From positions 1,736,001 to 1,800,000 of the forward strand of contig JAYWIR010000007.1 in assembly GCA_036172245.1 (NCBI GenBank): a stretch of 64,000 bases of DNA. Reading direction: 5' to 3'. The stretch comes from Raillietiella orientalis (lineage: Eukaryota). A model generated the notes under the pieces. The model saw nothing but the letters and a program-made list of their open reading frames with translations. It made no database searches and had not been told where the DNA came from. The translations under genes were made by a program, and so were the position numbers. Below, in pieces: positions 12,920 to 25,054 of this stretch; the stretch's first letter is position 1, and each line of letters opens with the position of its first letter.

Positions 12920-15900
12920 ATGCCACCATTTGAAGGACATCATCATCCTTTGCTTTCAAATATGGTTGCTCCATCTGCACCTGGAGGCCAGTCAATTTCC
13001 TTGGGTTTATTAATGGATTTCATTCTCCAGAGAACATATCATGAGCTCACTGTGTTGGCTGAATTGTAAGATACACAGTTTTTGCCCATGTTTTATGGTA
13101 TTCAGGTTGCCACGCAAAACGGACATGGAACGAAAGATAGAAATCGTTCAGTTTGCATCTCGTACGAGGCAGCTATTCATAAGACTTTTGGCTCTAGTAA
13201 AGTGGGCAAATAGTGCCTCCAAAGTTGACAAATGCAATGTGAGTACTCCCTTCTTTGCACTACCAGTGTGATATTCCCTCAGGCTATCATGAACTTTCTA
13301 GACAAACAGTCTATGCTTTTCATTGATACAGCAGATGTATTGGCTAAAACAGCCCGCCAGACGCTTGCTCAAGCTCGTTTACCTATGTTCCACTTACCTG
13401 CTGCCATTGAAGTACTCACAACTGGTTCATATTCACGGCTCCCTGCTTGTATTAAGGTAAGGAGCAGTCAGCAGGGTATCAATGCTCAAATAGAATCGCA
13501 TTATACCTCCTGATCCTATCACTCCTGAAGAGAAAAAAGCCACCATGCAGCGTCTTTCCCAAATTATTCAGCACAGATTAGTGACTAGTGAACTGCCAAT
13601 GCAGTTACGTAATTTGACCGTAAGGATATGATGATAATGCGAAGATGATAGATTTTGTAGATAGATTGAAAAAGGAAGGGTAAAAATGCTTGTGAATCAT
13701 GAGTTTGAGGTTTCTCTAACTTTGATGGGTGATGGTCCCACAGTTCCATGGAGAATTCTAGGTTTGGATATTCTGGTAAAAGATGTTGAAACTGGAAGTA
13801 AGTAAAATGTTTTTACAACCCATTTGCAGCATTTGTTCCAGACGGCAAGCCGCTAGTTCATTCTCTCCAGATACAATACTTAATCCAAGTCATACAAAGT
13901 CGTTTAGTTGAATCCTCACGTCCTCTTCATGATCTTTATGTTTCTATACACAATTTTTGTCAAGCATTACAGCTAGAGGTTGTCATCACAATACTTTATA
14001 TACTTAATAATAAGTTTATAGATGCTGCATTCACAAACACTGAGGTTATGCCATGAGAGATTGGGTGATCATGTTCGAGTAGATGAATATATTCCTGGCA
14101 AGCGCCTAAGTGTTTCTTATTGGAGAGAACTAACTTCAAGAAATGCCCAAGAGCATCCTGGTTATAAGTTAATGGTACAGGCAAATTCTAGTGATGGCAC
14201 TCAACCACTGCAAGTGTGCCACTTGCCAGCTCTTAAAGAGGCTGAATTTGCTGATAAGTAAGACAAAGCAGGTTGCTTCGAGTATTTTCTTTTTGTAGAA
14301 CCATCCATTCAGATCATTTGTCCGTTGAAAGATTAATGGTGCACACTATTCATTTGAGAGCTAAGCAGAGACTGCATGATCTCAAGGAACAACTGGAAAT
14401 GCTGTTAAACACAGACTCAGAAAGTAAGTTGTCAGTTCTTCAATTTGAAAATGTCGATTTATCTTAAAAAATAATTTTTTGAATGAAGTTGTCGAAGCTG
14501 AGGCAATATGATAATTTTTATTAGATTACACGCATTTGTACGTTAGATTGTGTTTCGTGTTACTGAAGAATCTTTGTAACTCTTGTCTGATTAGTTAAGA
14601 TGATGATTTCAGTTTCCAGCATGAGAAATAGGAACAGTTAGCATCTGCTGTATCTTTATGAGACTATAAGTAAATGGACTTTCATTGTACATGTGAACAA
14701 TGTGTTTTTTTTTCTTTTCTTCTTTTTCCATTTTAATTCTCATAAATGTTGTAATTTCTATCAAAAACTAATCTTCTTCAATTCACCCAAGATATTAAGC
14801 AATATGTTTTGTTAGTCATTATCCAAGGCTCTCCTGTGGTTCTGAGTGTTCCAGTTCTTAGTCCTTGTTTGAGGTCAGAGCAGCTGCTGATTTCAGTGGA
14901 CATTCACATGGGTATTCTGTTGGCACATGTGCCCCAGTATTCGTGTCCTTTCATGCCAGATATTCAAAATAGCCTGAATAATGATTTAATTAATCTGCCT
15001 CACCTTATCTCAGAGCTAAGGTGAGTAGTTAGTTAACATAAAGATTTTACAGATTTCTAGATTCTGGATCACTAAGAGACGCATTGAGAAAACATTGCAG
15101 CACTTACCTGCCTCTGCTTGTGAGAAATTGCCACTTATACGTCAACTCGATGAAGATTCTAGTCAACAGCATTCTCATAAAATTTTTTTGCGTTTTCATC
15201 GACATCCAATGCTTGTTATGGTAAGTGCATTCATTCATTTAGAATGTCCATATTGCTAGTTAGATGATTGAGTTATCGGAAAGTCAGCAGAACCCTGGAG
15301 AGATACAGCAAAGATATCATTTACTAATGGTAGAACCATGTCCCATAGAAGAGAAATTAAGGAATGATGGAATGGAACTTCCTAAAATTTTTCTTCGAAA
15401 TCTTAGCATGGTTGAATTTGATTCTTTTGCTTGCACTCATGCAGCATTTACTACAGTTGAAGGTACTGACATGCAAACTGACATGCAACTTAGCTAATGC
15501 TATCCAAACTTTAGTGCAAGATGTATATGAGAGGCTGTTGGGTAAGCATAAAGGAACATCAAAAGGAGAGTTGTCAGCCAAGAGAATGAAGCATCCTGCT
15601 TACATCTTGCCTGATGTGGCACATTTAGTAGCATTGATAGATGAGCGTATCCCATTTTCTTTGTTGGCAACAGAGGCAAGTGCACATGTTTCTGAAGATA
15701 ATGCATGTGTTGGTAGTTGGAGAAGAGAGGCATTCGGCACCAAGGGATTGAAGTGAAAGCTAAAGGACTATGCACTTCGCTGACTCTTCTTAGTTATCCT
15801 GATGTTGCTGGACTTGTTACAGCTACCCAGCATGCTTTCCGGAAGCTCATTTTAGCTGTAACATTTCACATACATTGCAAAGTTGCTCGCTCTTGGGTTG

Positions 15901-18654
15901 TTGAAGTCTTACTAACTGGCAGTCATTTGCATCGAGGTTAGACCAAAGGATTCAAATGAATTGAATACATCTCCTTGTAGAATCCCGTATTCCTGTGAAT
16001 TTGGTGTATGATATGAATGATCCTGTCAAAGTAGTGGACTCCTTCCTAGCTGATTGGGCAGCTATGTGCCATTTATTTCATTTAGTTTTGCAACTGCCTG
16101 CTATTTCCCAATCTAATAGTCCCTCTATTAAGGTTTATAATTATAAAAAGCTGACAGTGGCTTATGGTGCTCAATTAGGATGTACAGTAACATTCACATG
16201 GGATGCAGACGGTAGTTATCGATTACACTTAGGTAAGCACTTTGTTTTGTTGGACTCCATCTAAAACATTCTAAGGAACTAATGGAGGTTCTGCTCTCTC
16301 TAATCCTCATTGCATGATGAGAACTTATCTTGAAGCTTTGTTGAATTGCACTTCTGATATCATGTATTTATTGAAAATTTTGGATATCACTTATGCACCA
16401 TTGCTCTCCTTGAGCAAGTTACCCAGTTTTGTGCAATTAGGAGGTAGTGTTCTACCAGTCAGCAGCCTAATGCAGGTAATGAAGACATATTTACAAATCT
16501 CTAAAGTGAAATTAAGAGGTTGCCACCATTTGTTCATTTGTTCAGTGTGCTGCCTTTGTCTCTGTTGCATGTTCGCCTTTCCTTCTGTGCCATTTACTGC
16601 ATTGATGTGCAGATGAGGACAGATGGATTGGTTAGTATTCGAGATGGTGCATACAGTGTTTGTGACACAAGTCGCATTCTAGATGAATTCATGCCTACTC
16701 AGGGACTAAAGGTAAGCTACAGAAAACATGAGATTTTAATTCTTCTAGGCTTTTTTGTCGAAATATGTAGACGAATCTGCTATGCTACACCATCGTTCTC
16801 ATTCTGAAGATGACAACCCCCCTTCGCCAGTAACAAATGATCTTGATTCTTCTCATTTTCTTTCTCATGCTCTCAAGCCATCTTCTCCAACTGCAAGAGA
16901 GGGCTTGAGATTTCCTACCCCTGTCACCCCATCTGGAGGATCAAATCCTCACACTCCAGCATCTCCATATACAAGTAATTTAACACAAGGAGGATCACAT
17001 CAGCCATTTGGCTCTAGTCCTGCTACTTCTTTCCCTCTGACCTCACCACCTTCTTTACCATCTAACCTGAATCCTTCTCCATCTTCCAATCCTCTTCATG
17101 TTAATTCTCCATCATTTTTACCTAGCCCCAGTTCCACAGCAGGGCAGGTGGGTATGTCTCCTGCCAGCTCATTTTTGGCACAAGCAGGCACGTCCACTGA
17201 TTAAAAAGATCTTTAGTTACTTCCTTTTTGCAGACAGCAGCCCTTTTCCTCAGAATGTTTCTTCTCCTTGTGCTTCTCAGTGGCCTGGATCACCAAACCT
17301 ACCCAGACCTTCACCGCTGAGAATGAGTCATAGTCCTGGAATGATGCAGAGTCCTCAAGGAGAGAAAGGTGTTCGATTTCATTTTTCATTGGTTGGTGGT
17401 AAATTATTTGTTTCAGCTTTGTCATCATTATCCAGATTCTTACCACAGAAATCATGGGCTGGAGCCATTCCTACTTTGCTTACACAAGAAGCTTTTGATT
17501 TGCTTTGCACTCCTTCAACTCTGTTAAATGATTCAACTGAAGTAGCACCATTGTATCGATTCCTTTCTTGTGTGTTGCTTAAGAAGCATTTACAGCGGAT
17601 ATTGCATGCTGACAAAGATGTGGTTTGTAGAAAGGAAGGAGAAGATCTTAGTGTTGTCCTCCCAAGTTTGTTCCAGTACCTACTTCTGAACCATGGGTTA
17701 CAGCTTTTAAAGTAGAAACCATGCAGTGTTGTGTAGCCTTTGATACTCGCCACTTTCAGAAATTACGATTAAAGTTGATGCTTTTCCAGGATCCTCAAAA
17801 GGAGGCTCTTTCTGAGGACGATTTGAAAGTATGTGCTCTGAAAAATAACTCTCGAGTGATCTTTGTAGATTCTTGAGGAATTTTTTTATCGTCGGGTGAT
17901 GCAGCTACCTGTTAGAATTAATGCGTTGCAAGCCTTTTGCAATATTTTAAGGGCTCCTATCCGTATTTTAAGGGATTTTGTGAATATCATGAAACTAGAA
18001 ATGGTAGATTGCTTGAGTTTTTTTTGTTTTTGTTTTGACTTATATCCTTGTAGTTTTCCGTCCCTCAAGCTGTTTGGTCCTTGCATTTATGTTTAACTAC
18101 TCCTATGAGTGCCATGCATATGCTGCCATTAGGATCACCAGCTGTAATAATTAAAAACAAAGTGTTGCTTTTTGTAAGGTATAGTAGACTGAAAGCAAAT
18201 TCTCATATGAAATTTTCAGATTGAATTGTATCGAGCACTTCCAAAAAGTGATCCCATAATAAGCTATATGTCAGTATTACATGTGCCACCATCTAACCAG
18301 ACCACTGTGGTATCTGATCGCAGTCCTATGGCATCTTTGGCTAATCAGATCTTCAAAAAAGTTTCTGATTATGTTATACCACAGGGGGAATCCTCCCTAT
18401 ACCCATGTTTACAAGAACTTGTATGCAGTTTAGAAGTTCCCTCAGAGGGAACTAATCCAGGACCAACGGTTACTCGAGCTATGTCTTCAACAACACCTGT
18501 TACCAGTCCACAATTCCTTTCTTCCCAGTTAGGTTACAATTACCCTGTAACTAATGCAAATATGGGAACAAACATGAATCATGTTGCAATGCAACAAGGA
18601 AACATGATTGCTCCCGTAAACAGATGTCTTTCAAATCAACAATGGCTCATGTGA
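12920..18654 (+). CDS. MED14: Mediator of RNA polymerase II transcription subunit 14 (multi-exon, about 1477 aa)
   Basis: Hand-spliced exons: 12920-13065, 13106-13238, 13283-13456, 13494-13619, 13665-13797, 13842-13978, 14022-14257, 14299-14423, 14816-15020, 15061-15220, 15264-15462, 15515-15675, 15717-15936, 15981-16232, 16276-16475, 16517-16711, 16749-17187, 17234-17368, 17417-17622, 17667-17828, 17869-18003, 18054-18173, 18220-18654 (4434 nt, phases consistent). The boundaries at 15515, 17187 and 17622/17667 are ambiguous. Hallmark peptides: [105 protein letters not shown]. Confidence 0.96.
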
Positions 18655-18754
18655 AAGCAAGTGTCTATCAGCTTTGTTCAGAAAAATTATGTAATCAGTG
18701 TTATTGGGATATATTTGTATACACCTAAAGGACTATGGTTTACTGCACTTTGTG

Positions 18755-18760
18755 AATAAA
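18755..18760 (+). other. Probable polyadenylation signal of MED14
   Basis: AATAAA about 100 nt after the stop codon, followed by T-rich sequence. Confidence 0.55.
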
Positions 18761-19422
18761 AAACTTTTTTATAGTTTTTCCTCATAAATTAAGAAATAAA
18801 TCATGAACAGCTTTTTTGACAAGAGAATCTGTTTTCAGCAATTCAAGGATAGTATATTGTGGGAATTAATTTTTCTATTTGAAGTTGCTCATGCTTTCCA
18901 ATTGATTAATGAACCAAAAACGAACTTTTTTGGTTCACAGTATACCTCCTGATTTCTTGACAACCACTTAAATGTCTCAGATTTCAATTAAATTGTTCTG
19001 ATGATGGTATACCAGTTGTTTCAACAATTCCATGCGTATGGTGCACCTACTATTTATAATGACTTCATTATGAACAGTCAGTGTGCATTCTCCATTGAGT
19101 AGCTTATGTCAAACCAGATGCCGGTTGCCTGGAACAGTCGAAGTATTTGAATTTCACATCTTGCTATTTGATATTCAAACTAAAGTTCCCGTAATTAGTA
19201 TTGGTAATCAATGCACTAGAAGCAATGAATTCTATAAAAATTAAGATTCTATGCAGCGTATCAAGATTTCAATTTGTACCAACTTGTAAAAGATCGCTTT
19301 GTTATTGCATTACAGTGTTTCATCAGACCTCTGGAATAAGCTCCTGCTGAAATAAACGATTGGTTGGGTACATTAAAGCTTTTTATTTAGTACTTTTTAA
19401 AATAGTGCTTTTTTTTTTTTTT

Positions 19423-20930
19423 CAATGTTCTCACAACCCTAACGACCGTAGTGCTGCAGACCGGCAGCATGAGTACACGAATTTCATGCATCGCAAGACA
19501 GATTTTTGGAAATCGACTGTTTAATCATAATCTGTCTTGCATAAAATTTAAACATATTAGAGCTATGATCATAAGGAAGCACACACCGGCTTCCATCGCG
19601 TTACCTTAGTTTTCACTTTTCTGAGCCGACGGGTTTCTAATTATTTTATGGTTGCAAGCTTGCAATACATTTAAGCACATCTTCACTTGAAAGAAATGAC
19701 CCACATCTGCTAAGTGGAGTGTTTCCAGTTGGATTCACAACGACTGAACAAAGTTTCGAAAGAGTGGTGTAAATCATTCTTCCCGCGAATAAATACCGGC
19801 CATAATATCAGCTAAAGCATGCATAAGTTCGTGTTGACGTGATATTCCTTGTAAAATATCAAGACTGAGGTAGTTTCAGTTCGTAAGGTCAGCTTCATTT
19901 GAAAAAGAACATGCATGACACTTAACGTACATTCATCACTGGTGGATTTTGAGTTTCTTAAACGTGCCCTATCCGTTCGCTCTTACCAAATTTTTTTTTA
20001 TGACCAGATATTTTTGGGAGCTTTTAATTTCATTCTCGATTCATTTTCCGAAGCTTCGTCTCCTCTATTTTCACAAGTCCATGAAAAATTTCAGAGCTAT
20101 TTTTTTTTTTGAACAGCTGCTGATTATTATGATTTTTCAAGTCTGCACTCTTTGTTTTGTTTGTGCATGGCAACCCTGTTTTGCACTCGCGCATCGCCTG
20201 ATGGTAAGTCGTGTGAGTCGTCATGTGTACAGCCGATGTACCAATCTTCCCTGACGTAAGCAGCGCTGACCGTCGCTGGTTTGAGCCCAGGAGTCTGCAG
20301 CCACGAGGGTATCCTCACGAGGCGCTCTGCGTCCGCACCAGAAGGAAGCGACAGGTTCCAGCAACACACAATGATTCTTCATCAGATGATTTGTTTTGAT
20401 CAGCACATGGTGGATGTGTCGGCATGCATCGTTAAGTTGATGTGGCTCAAGTGAACAAGAAGTGCATCCATGTGTTGTTGTCGTGTGTCCGTTCTCTGTG
20501 GAAATGGCGATCTTCCCCGGAATGCTCCGAATACAGGAGTACCAACCATAATTTGATTACAACCTCGGGGTGATCGGGATGAAACGACCGACGAATTGGT
20601 CTCCTTGCATCGAAGGCTAAAGCGGTGAAATGTATTCTTCTGTCATCGTGCCTCTGGACATACGCGGAATCCCCACATGATTTTAAGTTGCAACTACCCA
20701 GGGCTCGACTTCATCACTTGCCAGTGACTGGGATTCCGGGCAGACCTATTCAAAGGGACACATGGCATGGAATGCAAGAATCAAATAGTAGAGTGATTAC
20801 TGCATCATGCAATGATTAACTTCCTGAACTTCAAGAACCAGCATTTCAGTTTTTTGGAACTTCCTTACTTTTATACGAGTGTGGTATATCAAGTAAGACA
20901 GTTAAAGTATATTGGGTGAGAACACCCCTG
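19423..20930 (+). mobile_element. Decayed Tc1/mariner-like DNA transposon remnant
   Basis: Degenerate motifs occur in order across frames at 20170-20800: IFPDVS (cf. IFSDE), GYPHE (cf. ENPH), VIGMKRPTNWSP (cf. WIGR...WPPRSP), LWTYAES (cf. LWGYVK). A partial inverted repeat TGTTCTCAC (about 19426) pairs with GTGAGAACA (about 20916). Confidence 0.4.
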
Positions 20931-21046
20931 CCAGCGTTGGGCGTTGCGTCCCCAGGCAACATGGGGGGAGGGATGGGGGAGGGGGGGAACGGCATCGATT
21001 TCGAAAATGAAAGTTTTGAATTGATCTCAGGAAAAACCGATGTCCT

Positions 21047-24000
21047 CTACAGATCTTGACTCAATAAACCATAACGTCGACTAAAAGCATGCACACGTTT
21101 ATTCTTTATTAGTGGACTGTTGGTTTCAAATGCTCTCTTCTCTTGCCGCGTGCAGAACTTCCGTGGGGATGCAGATCCTTCTAAGATTTCATCATCGCAC
21201 CGCCTCTTGAATTTAACGATGCTCCTTTTTATATTCGATGCCACTGATCTTTCGATAGCTGGTCCTGAACCTTTCGTAATAATCAGGCCGTTGCCTGAAT
21301 GCCGTGTAACACTTACAAACCGACTGTGTTTGGTCGACGAATGTGCAATCGCACGAGCATGGATTTGAGAAGATGACAAATTATCCGATGCTCCAGCGAG
21401 AAAGCTCGCATCCGTCGAATGTGCAGGTGCCCCGGTTTTACATGTGTTTCCTGGAAGACGGCTGGGGAGAATGTTAGCAGGGCACCGTGATCTGTCCCAG
21501 GTTCGGAAGATGCGGCTCAGATGTGGAATATTACGAAATCTGAAGAGTGTCCCGATCCCCTCGGGACCGGGAGCAGTAGGGTTCGTGGCTGGCGCTAATT
21601 CATTAGGACTGATAATTTCATCACGGATGGAAGTAAATAGGAAAAAAATTTCCTCCCTCTCGTTGCAGCTTTCGTCGGATTCCCCCCTCCCCTCCGAACG
21701 AAACCTTGAAAGTGTGTTCCCCCCAAGAAAAGTAATATTTTGGCATATGGGGAGCAGTGATGCTTTTATTGGCAAACGGGAATGCTTATAACAAGTCGCC
21801 GGGGGATTTGACCTCGCTTGCTTATTATCTGCTCTTGGAAGTACCGCAGAACCGGTGGAAGCACAAATCATTGCTTAGATAAACAAGAAACGATGGGAGG
21901 CAGGAAAAGAAGAGGAAATCAGAAGCCCACCATGCTGTACCAGTGACCGCTTGGATTTGCTTAGGAGGCAGCGTTTCTTTAAAGAAGATGCGGGACCAAT
22001 GCAATCAGGTAGCTTCCAGTGGATAACCCAAGTCGTTCACTGTGGTCGTTAGCCGCGGAATAGGGCATCATCCTATAAGTGCTCTACCAATCAGGAGGAG
22101 AACTGAAAGAAAACCAGGAAATCCGGTCAACGGGGAAGGACTATTCCTTCCATGCACTTCCAATGCCATGTGTGTTGCAGCAGCCACTGTTGCATGCCTT
22201 CTGGTCTGACTTAATAAAGTACATGGCAGAATTTGAGTGGGAAGAAACTGTTCTTCCTTCCAGCTCCTGCTGGTGGGAAACCTTTTTTTCCCACACCCAT
22301 CGGTGGGTCATTGGAACCCACCACGTTCACTCCTTTGAAATTCACATCTTCAAGCACTGGAAAGAAGAGGGAACAACAGTCCCATGAATCTCTTCGACTA
22401 CAGATAAAGAGTCATCTTTATTTCATGCAGAATTTTCCTACTTGAGAAAAAAAAAAAAAGCAATCACTCGGGAAAAAAAAAAAAAAAAAAACTTGAAACT
22501 ATTGCACGTTTTTGTTGTTTTGCTGTTATTATGACTGTCACTGTCACTGAAGTTGCCGCTTTTGACGGCAGCTCGAAGACACCACCTCTTAAACGAACTG
22601 CGTGCCTGTCGTCTACACTTTGCTCGCGGGCGTCGCAAGTTCTTGAAGTCTTGTAGAGCTGTTTCATGTTTTCAGGGAAAAGGCTTTATTATTCTCTTCT
22701 GAAGCTTCTTCAAATACCCTTGCACCCACCTTCCTACCGACACTCACGTTCGTTAGATTCTCCGGATTAACAAATGCTGAAAGATGTTTGAAACACTTTA
22801 GTGCGAAACTATGCAGCACTTACGTATGGAATACCTTTGTGTTGTTGTTGCAGTTCCATCAAGCAGCTTTCCTCAGAGAAAGGCGTACCGCGGCAGGCAT
22901 CTCAGGCCTGTTTGAATTGGACACCTTTTCTAGTGCTTTTCGTTCACCAGAAACCTCCGGATTCTAAGGGGATTCTGTTTTGCATGTAACTCTGCCTGCG
23001 TGTGGACCAACTCCGTGGAGGTCCTTTCTCGCGCTTCATCTTCACCTCCTAAAGGCCCTTTGTGGTTTTCGGGTGGAGCAGACGAGTTAAGAGCCAGCAC
23101 CGAACCGAAGAAGACACACCCGTGAGCCGCGCGTCTTTCCCTCGTCCACAGAACGCACGGAAACCGGTTGGTCCAGCACGGAATCTGCAGGTGCGAAGCG
23201 ATCGAGCGGTACCGCGCTGGATGCTGCATTCCTCGAGAAATCGGAAGCTCACGGTGCCCCGTCTGCTGGTAATGCCGTGTGTAACGTAGGCAACCGGAAT
23301 TCGCTTATCTTCTGGCAGCCGATGGTCTTCAAAGAAGTGCGCGGATCCCTTCTTTGAATGGCCTCAAGGTCATCGGAGAAAGGAAGGAGGAAGAAGAAGA
23401 AGAAGAAGAAAAAAAAACACTCGAGTTGGTTCCAGAATGTGTAACAGCACATTTGCAGTGTAATCGTTGGCCGGAAAAAGTTTTCGGGATTCGGCTTGGT
23501 TGACGCAATTAGGATGTAATCGAGTGGGCTTCAAGAGTACTGCGCATTCTAATGGATGCTGTTTGGTACACCACGTTCTTGGGCATTGGCTGTCCCCTAA
23601 GAAGTCTTTCAAATTACCGTGATTTGACACTTTTTTGAGCGTGTGAGGAGCTTATGGTCTTCCATCTAATTTAGTTTTAGATTCAGATTAGCATTAAAGG
23701 ATGCCGTGCCCGTCGTTTCATCCTGATCACTCCCAAGTGGCTCCGGCTCCAAACAAGGGCAAGTGAAAGTGAAATTTGCAGTTAACGTTTCGCATGACAG
23801 TTCATGACTAACGACCATTCCCTGCTAATCGTTGCAAGTGCGGGCATTTGTTTCCCCAGCAAATCAAAAGCGGGGAACGTGGAGGGGATTCGCCGCGGAA
23901 CAAAACAAGAACGTCCAGACGCCGACGTTTTTGGAACCAACAGGCTGATTCATCCGTTTTCGAGAAGTGACGTCGCCATCTCCGAATCGAGTGCTTTGCA

Positions 24001-24700
24001 AACGCCTTCCAGCTCCGTCTCCGAGATGCCCGATGTGGCATCCCTGAAACGCGCCTCCCGAGTAAACAAATCTCTTGAAAAGGAAATCGAGGAAGCGGTC
24101 TCTCCTCCCCGAGACTGTACGTCGTGGAGCGTGTCGTCGTCACGATGACTTCACCGCCTGTCTTTCCGTTTGCTGATTTTTCCGTTCATGCCGATCCGCT
24201 CTTTGCGCGGCCGAACCGCGAAAGTTGATCGAGAGAGCGCACGAGCATTCATCGAAAGTGGACCACACGTGAATGGATACTCGCAAATCGATGCAATCAG
24301 TTCCTCCCCACCCGAGCATTCCGGAGTCTCCGTTTGCTTCCTGATGCTGTTGCAACGGGAGATCCATTGGCCGAAGTGCTGCCATTGCCTTCCACGCTTA
24401 CGCGCGCGCCTGTGTTCCAGACCGGCAGCCGCTCCTCAACAAGGCACGACTCTCATTAATGGAAGATTACGTGCACTTCTCTGTTAACACTTGCTGTCAT
24501 CCTACTGACGGCAGTTTTAAGAAAGCGCACGTTACTTACCCTCTTGCACATTCGGCACTCCCTCTCTGGGATAGGATGATGCTTTCGTGAACCGAGGGAC
24601 TGATACCGCGGGTGTTCTCCGGTTACCCTGTAATTCCTGTGAAAAGGCTGAGTTCTTGCAGAGTCCATAAAGGATCGCGGGTCGCTACGAACGCGTCGCA
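21047..24700 (-). mobile_element. Decayed R2-like non-LTR retrotransposon (ZnF-Myb-RT remnants)
   Basis: On -, in canonical order: RKHHP...ECRMCKR...SKC (24490-24590), FTCP-C...LGV..KRRARH (23700-23770), Myb-like CVNQAESRKLFP...LEAIQRR (23345-23520), and RT-like IISPNELAPATNPTAPGPEGIG...LSRIF (ORF 21047..21871). Frameshifted and truncated. Confidence 0.5.
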
Positions 24701-25054
24701 CCTTCACAGCTTCCTAAAGCAGAGGCGTCAGACACTTCACAATAGGTGTCATCACCACCATCTGCCGAGGTTCCGTTTTTCCCGGTTGAAGTCCCGCTCC
24801 GTTCCTCTGGCTGAGGAGCTTATCATCTTGTGACTGCTGACCCGATGGAGGTCACCATTTTTGACTTTCCTGATGCTGCAGCTGCGTGCTGCATGATATT
24901 CACGTGAAACCTGCGGTGACGGATGGTGCTGACACGCTCTGACCTGCCTGTTTTACGTCTTGGTCAAATGGGTTTCCTGAAGGAACGCTTTTCGTCCGCT
25001 TCACTTCCCTTTTGCCCTGATCTTACGAAACGTGCAAAAATCACACCACAGGAG

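Noticed and set aside
13066..18219. U12-type introns in MED14
   Set aside because: No RTATCCTT donors or AT-AC ends seen.
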